Below are positions 54,825 to 64,000 of a stretch of 64,000 nt of DNA, piece after piece. The position numbers and the translations under genes were made by a program. This DNA comes from Octopus bimaculoides (Eukaryota), in contig NC_068991.1 in NCBI RefSeq assembly GCF_001194135.2, positions 56,020,871 through 56,084,870 of the forward strand, written 5' to 3'. Within the stretch, counting starts at the first letter, position 1. Each line of letters begins with the position of its first letter. The notes under the pieces are model-generated. The model was given only the letters and a program-made list of their open reading frames with translations, was not told the DNA's origin and searched no databases.

Positions 54825-55750
54825 TATGTTCTGACTTTTTATCCCCCACCAAAATCAAATTTGCCTTTGTTCCATCCTGATTCAATAAAATAGAATATCA
54901 GTCACTGGGGTTGACTGTTCCTTCCCACCTCGATTTCTGGCTTTGTGACCATGTAAGAAATTAATGTTATTTCAATAGTTTGATTGGCAGAATCAGTAAA
55001 GTATCAGACAAAATACTGGATGGTGTTTAATTACAACCCTTTGTGTTCTGAGTTCAAATCTAATTTAGGTCAACTTTACTTTTAATCTTTCTGTGCTCAA
55101 TAAAATAAAGAGAATTAATAATTATTACAGCAATGAAGAAAATGTCTCTCAGTATCCTATCATTCCACTGGCCTTTAAAAAGATAGAGGATTGATAGAAT
55201 CATTGGAGCATTGGGCAATATTCCTTGCAGTATTTGTTCCAGTTCTTTACATTCTGGGCCTAAATTAAAAATATTATTTTTATTAAAGTGGCAAGCTAGC
55301 TGAATTGTTAGTGCATCGGACAAAATGCCTAACTACATTTCTCTTTATGCTCTGAGCTCAGATCTCACTGAAGTCAACTTTGCTTTTTATCCTTTTGGGG
55401 TCAGTAAAATTAAGTACCAATCAAACTTTGGGATTGATGTAATCAACTATCTCCCTCCCCCAAAATTTCAAGCCTTGTGCTTACAGTAGAAAGAAATGTT
55501 ATTATTAAGATGGTGAGCTGGCAGAATTGTTAGCACACCTGACAAAATGTTTAGTAATGTTTCATCTGTCTTAAAGTTCTGAATTCAAATTCTGCCAAGG
55601 TTGACTTTGCCTTTTATCCTTTTGGGGTCAATAAATTAAAAACCAGTCAAGCACTGGAGCTGATGCAATTGACTAGCAGTCTCCCCTAAAATTTCATGCC
55701 TTATACCCTTAAGACCACAGGCTTTGTGCCAAAAATTTGAAAGAATCATT
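54825..55750 (+). mobile_element. Cluster of about five head-to-tail CORE-type SINE copies or fragments
   Basis: Repeated ggcagaat...gttctgagttcaaat...gtcaactttgc...cc-ttttggggtca-ataaa units, all on the + strand. Confidence 0.78.
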
Positions 55751-56801
55751 ATTATTATTATTATTATTCATAGTTTGAGGAAAACATTAAGAGTTTTATT
55801 TCTTGGAACACGAATTAGGTTTATCTTGAAGAATAAATCTAAAGGTATTCAAAGATAACAAAATCAAAAGAAAACATGCATAGAAGTATTCATGGCAAAC
55901 CAAGTTACCTAAAATCTTCAAGATTAAAATTACCTCACCTCGTTCACAAATCTTAATAGTTATTTTCTAGAATATACATATCTATGAGTGTTCTTATATG
56001 TAATTTATCAAAGCCCTTTAGAAATGGTTGTGTGTTATTCCTGTGTGCCAATTACAAATGGAAGTATTGGCATATTCTTTAATTACAATAATATCATTAG
56101 TTTGGCAGTTAAATAGGTGTAATTCTTTAGTTTTTCAATTAACTTCTACACATTATAACTATTTGGTATTGCTATATTAATCACTAATAATCTATTGTCA
56201 GTTTGTAAGGGTAAATAATGTCAGCTTATATGCTAATTATATACTAGAGTTTCATAGTGTTTTTACATAGATAATTTTCAAGAGAAGAGGAAATTCATAC
56301 AAGTACCAGAAAGCTTTACCTTGAAAGAGATGAGATTTGATGGCCAGCTATATGTAGAGCAGCATCACTACACCCTTGTGTTTCCAAATGTATTTTGTTG
56401 GCAACAGTATACAGCATTTTGATATGCAGTGTATTGTCTCAGGAAATGATGCATGTGATTACCTGTATTGTAAGAGTTGTAGATGTTCCTTTCAATATAT
56501 CTAGTGATGGTGGACTGTTTTTGTATCATGAACTCTGTTGCTTCTTTTGCCTTATTCATGCTGGATTTCTGCATCTAGGCCAGAGATTATCTTTTATTTA
56601 TACATAGGGCGTACAGTTTACAGAAATATTGGCCATGTAAAAGCATATCATTCTGGTTATTCACCATGGTAGACTTGTGTCTTCACAGTCTGTATTTGTA
56701 TTTCAATTTGATTGTTGTGGTTCATTGTAATTATTTTCATTCCATTTCAACACCAACATCTTATCTTCGCTCTAACATCATTCAAATAAAATAGGTACAT
56801 G

Positions 56802-56843
<42 letters not shown>

Positions 56844-56844
56844 T

Positions 56845-57031
56845 AGGTGCAGACTTGGCTGTGTGGTTAAGAAGCTCACTTTGCAACCATGTGGTTTTGT
56901 ATTCAGGTCCCACTGTGCAGCATTCTGAGCAAGTGTCTTCTATTATAATCCCAGGCTAACCACTGCCATGTAAGTGAATTTGGTAAACAGAAACTGTGTG
57001 GAAATTCACTGTGTGTGTGTGTGTGTATGTA

Positions 57032-57065
<34 letters not shown>

Positions 57066-57253
57066 CACATAGACCCATATGTATTTGCCCACTACTGCTT
57101 GACGTGTATTGGTGTGTTTATATCCCCCATAATTTAACAGTTCAACAAGAGTCCAACAGAATAAGTACCAGAGGAAGTACTGGGGTCAGTTTGTTCAACT
57201 AAACTTTTCAAGCCATTATTCCAGCATGACTGCAATCCAGGGACTGAAACATG
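56845..57253 (+). mobile_element. SINE family A copy (sense)
   Basis: ggctgtgtggttaagaagctcactttgcaaccatgtgg head, (TG)n(TA)n core, ccagcatgactgc...gactgaaac tail. Confidence 0.85.
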
Positions 57254-58014
57254 ATATGCATAAGCTCAAGAGAAATAGGTTTTGTATTACAAAACACTGC
57301 ACTGATAGCAAAATGTAATTTTAAGAGATGTATTTAACTGACCCTACATTCACTCTACATGTGATGCCATCAATTGATTAATACCTTCAAGAAATATAGC
57401 TTTTATTGCCTCTGTATCTCTAATGAATAGTTTTAAGATTGTTATCTATAGGCTTATAAAAGTGTGGCTTTCAATTCTGACTCAGAATGGCTTGAATTGG
57501 ATGTCCTTTTTTGTGTGCATTTATTGTAAAGATGTAAAACCATCCCTATTTCATTAATAGTGACAAGATATCCTTGATCTAATATTTCCATCATTATTTA
57601 CCAGAAAACTTTGGTTTTATTTTTATGTTACTGTAACTTTTGAAAAAGGCTTGGGAAGGATTTACTGCTGCAAAGTTATAAAACTTTTGATGTAACAATT
57701 ACAAACTAAGACTGGCATCTTAAGAGATTTATCTTTATTTAACATCAAGAAACTACAACTAAGCACTAACCTTTAAAAGCTCTTCAGATGTTTAAACGTC
57801 TCTTTACTCCTGTGATTGCTGCAACATAAATAGCTGTTATTTCAGTTTGTTTTTGGTGACCAATGCAATAAACCTTATTTTTCCTCATGTATAATATGGA
57901 AATAAGCAAATAAGCCTTCTACTAGTCACAGACTCCTTTTACACCTAAGATTCAAAAGTTCAGTTACTTCTATCAGCACTTATTATCCTCATCATATTGT
58001 CTGCCAGTTATAGA

Positions 58015-58147
58015 TAGACATGGGCAACCTTTTTTGAGAAGCAAGCCATATGAAATGTTCTTTATAACATTACTTTAAAAAATTCAAGATAATTTTTTAT
58101 TGGCATGCCATTCCAAAATTCCTGTGGGCTGCAACTTGCTCATGACT
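58015..58147. mobile_element. Possible hAT-type MITE relic
   Basis: agacatgggcaacct ... gggctgcaacttgctcatgact, diverged TIR-like ends. No TSD seen. Confidence 0.35.
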
Positions 58148-59924
58148 GGTCTGGCTCATTTCTTAATAATAATGTCTAACAGCTACTGAGAGTATATTCC
58201 CTCTTATTTTACACATTTCTTTTGCTCTCCCTTGGCAGTTAAACTGAGGAACTTTGGTAGACAAATCTTGGAAAATGATTAATTACTTGGCATGCTAGAT
58301 TAGCTATGGCATTGAATTGTTTATCTTCAGACACTGGGTACTAGTTTCATCTTTTCCTGTTGTTTGTGTTGAAGACAGCAGTCACTCTGCTTTATAGCTT
58401 GGTTTTTAATTTTGCTACTGGAAAGAAAATGTATTTTCCCTATCTGAATACTCTCTCAGGATTTTTTATTACAGAAGAGCTGACAGAATGCTTAAATGAT
58501 ACAGACATAGTTTGGTGTTAAAAGTTATTCCTTCCTAAATTACCAGACCTTTTATTGGTAACAAGAACTGTTATCTTTGAAAAAACATTTTCTTTTTCTT
58601 CCTTTTTCTGTTTTGTTTTTTGTATATATGTATTGCAATGACAGGTTTTAAATTGGCAATGTTCTGTGTCATTGTTTTAGGTGATGTTTTAAATGTTTTC
58701 TGCAGAGATTTTGAAAAACAAATTATTCTTATTTTATTTATTATTTGTTTATAGATTCTGTAGAATATATTTATTGTAAGATATGTTGTCTTCACATTCT
58801 TCATTTACAACAGATTAAGAACTGGAAAAAAAAAAATAAAGAATACTTTTAACATCTTATTTAACCAAAGCGTTATTTGTATGTGTGTATGTATATATAT
58901 GTGTGTGTGTATATTTTTCATGTTAATATGTTATGTATGTGTTAATTTTTCTGTGATGTTTACTGCTTTTGAACAAATCTGGTAATTGAGGCTATGTATG
59001 AGACAAGTGACTGAAAATTAATGTAACAATTTATTCATGCTAAATAAAAAGATTATAAATGAATGGATAAATAAATAAATGAAATATTGTTTCCATATCC
59101 AGTGGAGAGTAAGTCTGCACTAAGACAAAGCATGTAAAATATTAAACAGAAATGACTGTGGAATTTGAATAAAACAGAAAATTGCTTCTCCTACTGCTAT
59201 AATGGCTTTATTATTATTTTATGTTTGGAAGGAGTGAATACTTGTTCATGGCTCATAACTTTTCTTTAAAATTTGTCATTTTATTTGTTGGCATTCCATA
59301 TTTTGTTGGACTAAATAACCCGGCTTGCTGCAAACAGGGCAAGCTGCTCTGGTGAGAATTTTCCTTTTAAGTGTGAATTTTGAAATTTGAATTTGCTAAT
59401 ATAATATTTTAAAGCAAAAATATCAGTATGACTTCTCAAATCAAGGGAAGTGATGGCTGTTGAAATAGCCACTGTGACATTGTTTTCCAACCACTAGTTG
59501 ATATGGTCAAGAAACAAAGTAAAGACTGCAGCAGTAGCAACAAGTAAGATATATTTAAAAATGACACAAGCACAACCTCCACCTCCACAGACAATAATAA
59601 AATGACTACAGTGGCCTTTCTTTTTCTAAGCAGAATAGGAACAGTTTTGCACAACCTTGTTGGAAAAGGGAAAAAGTTGAGTTGTCACAAAAAATGTTGA
59701 GCAACGCTAAGCTGCACTTAACTACGAATGGTAGGACAGTCTGCCTTAACACACTGGAGGAAGTACGAGAAGACACTAAGAGAAAAACAATTGTACATAA
59801 ATGTATATCATTAAAGATGAGACTGGACTGAGTGACACAGGTCCAGATTGAAAAATGCTTGAGACCAGTTTGGGGTTTAAAACTTATGTTGCCTGTGGGA
59901 GATTCTTTGGCACAATTGAGGTAA

Positions 59925-60055
59925 ATATTCTTTTCTACTCTAGGCACAAGGCCCGAAATTTTGGGGGAGGTGGGGCAGTTGATTAGTTCAATCCCCAGCA
60001 TGCAACTGGTATTTATCGACTCCCAAAAAGATGAAAAGCAAAGTCGACTTGAATT
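59925..60055 (-). mobile_element. CORE-type SINE fragment
   Basis: ggcacaaggcccgaaattttgggg...actggtatttatcgactcccaaaaagatgaaaagcaaagtcgac. Confidence 0.75.
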
Positions 60056-60070
60056 AACCAAGAAAAGTTA

Positions 60071-60410
60071 GTGCGCCTGCAGCTTAGCACCTGGAGAGGC
60101 AGGTCCATGCTGTCCAATAACACGATACGCTGGATGGAGGGACAAGTTAAATCGCTTGGTCCAGATCTCCAGGTGGAGAAGAACTGGGACAAGGTGATGA
60201 GGAAGGTAGCCAATCTCAACCAAAAATGGGCTGAGAGGAAGCTATTTCTGAAAGGTCAAGCAGAGGTGGCAAATGCTTATATCACCTTCCGTGTTTTGCC
60301 TCAGTTTATATCTGACCAAGCTAGAGTACATACCCTTTCACTTTCTGTGGAAAGAACATATTCCACTAGTCAGGTGCTCCATTTGCTGTCAACATCATTA
60401 TATTTTACTG
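60071..60410 (+). mobile_element. Tx1/L1-clade LINE RT C-terminal fragment
   Basis: GPDLQVEKNWDKVMRKVANLNQKWAERKLFLKGQAEVANAYI, then in a shifted frame LTKLEYIPFHFLWKEHIPLVRCSICCQH. Matches the W..RKLSLKGR and L.R..F.FLW motifs. Confidence 0.75.
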
Positions 60411-60564
60411 CCTGGCTGTCATGTTTTCTCACAACTACTTCTAAGGTAGCAAAAACGACTAGCAGCAGCAATACCAATATGATTTGCAACAACAGAGCTA
60501 CATCATTTACAAACATAGATGGAGGTGGAACATTCATTTGATGACAGTAATTTGATTGCTTACT

Positions 60565-61310
60565 TCATTTATTTGGGTTGCAAATCAAACTTCTACAGGA
60601 AATAGCATACTGATTGATTCTGGGCACAACACGGCAGCTGGCTTCAATAGGGAATGAAGCTGCATACCATCCTTTGACAAGTGTCTCATTAATCAAATCC
60701 TGAAAATTGTCTTTCTTTAACAAGTAAAATATGTCCAGTCTCTCTTCTTGGGATATTATGAGCTCAGCTACTATGATTGTTTTTGTCTTCTTAGATAAAA
60801 GTAGTAGGTCTGGTATGAACAATGATACGAGCAACCCTTCTAGAAAGAAACCCTTCATATTCACTTGAATCTCCCAGTAGAAAATGGGTCACCAACTGCT
60901 GCTTTTGCCTTAGATGCATCATCAACTTCCCTTAGGAATCTGATACCTTCAAGTGGTTATGTCTGCTACTTGCTGGTTTTAACTCTGTTGGTCTGTCTGA
61001 TAATTTCTGTAAGGATTCTACCACCGCTGGGAATCTAGTCAAAATTTGCTCAAGGTGTAAAGAGTTGCTTTGCACTCCTTAGCAGATGGGTTTTCCTCTT
61101 TGCCATAGATTTTAAAGTTATTTGGGATATGCAAGAGGTCAGCAACAGCACACATAAGGAAAGACAATTTTTTCTCTGGTCCAGAGTTCTCCAGAAGAAA
61201 GTGGTTACTCCCAGTGCCTGATCCCACTGTATCCATTGTCCCTGGCAAGCAGATCTTACTACTTTTACATGATGATCTTTCTCTATTGAATCATAGATCC
61301 TCTTCACCAT

Positions 61311-61360
<50 letters not shown>

Positions 61361-61810
61361 CCCCTGAGATTGGTATTTTTTCGACCCCTTGATGCTGTAG
61401 TTGAAAAGTCCTAGCCATCTTTGACAGCCTACTCCAACAATCTCCTGGTGCCTCTAGTACGTTTCATCTCCCTTCATAGCTTCCTGCGGTTTCCACTTCT
61501 TTTCCTATCACCTATTCTAGTTTTGGCATGTCCAACTTTCATCCTCAAATGATAGCAATATACTGACTGTTCTTACTTTAGTGACTCTGAAATTTTCTAC
61601 TACTTATGGAATTGTTGAGGGAAGATCAGAAGTTGACGCGTGGAAAATTGTTGGACTGTCCCACTACCTTCACACTAATATATTACCCAATCTCTCCATT
61701 GCCTCCACCTTAGTCACGGTGGAATCATAAAGCTTTCGGGTATGATGCCATATGGGAAACACCACACCTTAAACTTCCAAGTAAGTGGATTTTGTTCACA
61801 GCCCATTCAG
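60565..61810 (-). mobile_element. Restriction-like-endonuclease (R2 superfamily, HERO-like) non-LTR retrotransposon 3' relic
   Basis: Minus-strand pieces KWKPQEAM..RHQEIVG, LSFLMCAVADLLHIPNNFKIYGKEENPS (degenerate Zn-knuckle region) and PDLLLLSKKTKTIIVAEL...FPIEASCR (PD-(D/E)xK nuclease). Interrupted by a (GA)n repeat. Confidence 0.78.
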
Positions 61811-61974
61811 TTTTAAATTAATCCTCCAATTAAACTGAAAATTATTTCATTTTCTCCTCGTCGATTTACTGCGATTCTGTTAAAACTCACAAAAATAAAA
61901 ACTTAATGGAATTAAAAGTTAGAGTACAAGGGACATAACTCAGCCGTTAATAAGTAGTCTCCCTTGTCTGCCAG

Positions 61975-62089
61975 CGTTCCAATTTGAAAGAGCAGTAAAT
62001 TCAACAGAGGCAAAAAATATTGCAGCTGTTGTATATATTGAACAACATTTACCAGAGAATTTCTCCTCCTTGATGGATAACTATAAGAG
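61975..62089 (+). CDS. Candidate orphan exon of an unidentified gene (xFQFERAVNSTEAKNIAAVVYIEQHLPENFSSLMDNYK)
   Basis: ctcccttgtctgccag acceptor, AG|gtaaat donor, 115 nt open, not repeat-like. No homology recognised. Confidence 0.3.
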
Positions 62090-62554
62090 GTAAATATTAA
62101 AAAAATCTGATGGTTTCTTTTAAGGAATAATAAACTCTAACGAATACTTACACTGAATTAACTCTGCTAGAATTATCCAAAGACTATTAGTTGTTGTTGA
62201 TTAACCCTGAAAGTCATTTCACCGTTATTGTCTAACACTAAGCTTTGACCACCCCCAAGGATCTTGGCTGTTATTTCTAGTAAATCAAGTGACCACATAG
62301 AAGTTCCTTCATTAGCGCGTGAGCCAGTAATGGATCGCTGTGGTGGTGGTTGTGATGATGATGATGATAATGCTGGCGTTGTATGAGGTTTACCTCTAAT
62401 AATCCATCAGAAATTTATGCTATCTATATATATATTATTAAAATATATATATTAACATTTTCTTTCATATTGTTTCAGGCTTTATAAAATCGTCTTTTTT
62501 TTTCCTTAAGTCATCCAAGTATCGAATTACTCAAAGAATTTTTCTAACATAAGC

Positions 62555-62745
62555 AAAAGGCTTAAATTTAGGAGGAAAGGGATCAGTTGATTTATTCATC
62601 CCTAGTACTTAAATAGTTGTTTATCGAATACCGAAGGAAGAAAGGCGAAGTTAACCTCAGTAGAATTTGAACTCAGAACGTAAAGCTCAGTAGTTCAATA
62701 TTGTGAAGTGTAGTGTTCAACGCTCCAACGACACTAACGACTTTT
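62555..62745 (-). mobile_element. CORE-type SINE (diverged)
   Basis: gaagaaaggcgaagttaacctcagtagaatttgaactcagaacgtaa. Confidence 0.7.
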
Positions 62746-63932
62746 CTGATATATATGAAAGTATATTTTAGAATATTTTGATAATAAAAATTGCCTGAAG
62801 AATGTATATGAGAAGTCGTATAAAAGTCAGTTGTATTTGATGTCATCCTTGACGCATTTGATCACTCCGGGTCCTATAAGCGAAGCTGGGCCGACCATAA
62901 AATTTTAATGCACTAAAAATCTTTGCTTGAATATGCGCTGCTGAAAATGAAGTGCATCTAATATGCCAGTGCATCTTTTATGCCATCAAGTACAACATAA
63001 GTCATCATGTAAAAAATCTCAATAGTATTTCAATCAGTTGGAATGCTGTAGCCTTCAGTAAATTTTCATCCCAACAAAAGTCAGGAAAACGTAGAATGAA
63101 TATACACTGTTCTACTGGGTACAGATCTAAACTAACTCAGCCATTCATACATTATACATTGTACCGCGGGACTGGGACACATTATAGTTATATGTTTTGA
63201 TAATGGATAGCTTCTACTGAAATATGAAGCAGTGGCAAAGCTGCACTTTGCTCTCTGATTCACATTGCATGCTCTCAACATATTATTGACAGGATCCAAC
63301 TAATCAAAGGACCACATTGTGCATCAATATCTTTGGCAGAGTTTTACAGCTGGATATCAACTTCTGATCTTTCCTCAACAGCTTTGCAGAATGCACAGGA
63401 TTGCAACAGCTTTGCAGAATGCACAGGATACCTGTTTTTTTTTTGTTTTTTTTTTATTATTTATGGCACCAACACAAGTGAGGTTGCCTTGCAACTTGCA
63501 AAACTTCGGGCCTAAAAGGGCATCTACAATTGAAGAAGATTAGAAGAGGAAACAATAATTCTGAGGTGAACAGAGAGAATGAGAGAATAAAATATGTTGA
63601 AAGGAATAGATTTATAGTTGTTAGAGGTTGGTGGTAGTGGAGAGAGTAAGAGACACCATTGGAATAGTGATTAGGTGTGGGGGTGAAGGAATGGAGGAAG
63701 TGCTTGTCATCTTGTTTTCTATCCCTGTATTTATACAGTGTCTCAGATTAGATTCTACATTTGTAACACCTGCAAGTAGGGTCTACTTGTCCAAAGCCAG
63801 ACTTGCTAGTCATATGAAGTTTCATAACAGTACTTTATAATCGAAGAAATTGGATTTTTTCTGTAAAGAAGTGACAATCTATAAGCAGTGTCCTAGATTA
63901 GATTTTAAATGAAGAGTTGTGACCTGTGTAAG

Positions 63933-64000
63933 TGGAGGTGCATGGCTGAGTGGTTAGGGTGTCAGCATCATGATCGTAAGATTGTGGTTTCGATTCCTGG
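63933..64000 (+). mobile_element. tRNA-like SINE head (family C), cut by the window edge
   Basis: tggaggtgcatggctgagtggttagg...ggtttcgattcc with A and B boxes. Confidence 0.7.

Noticed and set aside
54538-56277. 23-bp exact match atagtgtttttacatagataatt at 54538 and 56255
   Set aside because: AT-rich and one copy ends at a gap, so it cannot be told apart from a repeat fragment or misassembly.
56368-56607. Overlapping ORFs on both strands with a minus-strand AG|gtaatc donor
   Set aside because: No recognisable homology, weak acceptor, and no partner exons.
62150-62215. Minus-strand cag...|gtaagt exon-like segment
   Set aside because: Stop codons in all three frames, and adjacent to repeat-derived sequence.
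1-64000. CRISPR arrays, rRNA genes or prokaryotic operon-like systems
   Set aside because: No regularly spaced repeat-spacer arrays or rRNA-like sequence. The window is intron-rich animal DNA.

Overview
AT-rich, microsatellite-rich eukaryotic DNA with six N-gaps. The SINE/LINE repertoire looks like a coleoid cephalopod, probably Octopus (inference). The main feature is one + strand multi-exon gene of the RIPOR/FAM65 family (Rho family-interacting cell polarization regulator). I reconstructed 20 exons by hand between 389 and 48620. Splice phases are consistent and they join into 2400 nt (799 aa + stop). The N-terminus lies upstream of the window, and one intron (22215-23040) is best read as GC-AG. 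Introns and the downstream flank hold tRNA-derived SINEs of several families, RTE-clade, Tx1/L1-like and RLE-type LINE relics, mariner and Tigger relics, and a Helentron-associated-like element. The most unusual signals are: (i) a ~490-bp head-to-head palindromic dimer of a tRNA-headed element whose tail holds a degenerate minimal type I hammerhead ribozyme motif (46967-47458); (ii) nested long inverted repeats in intron 13 (36523-37580) that could be ADAR substrates; (iii) interlocked inverted repeats at 1905-1980; (iv) an orphan exon-like ORF at 61975-62089. All database-level identities come from recognising motifs by eye and have not been confirmed by searches.
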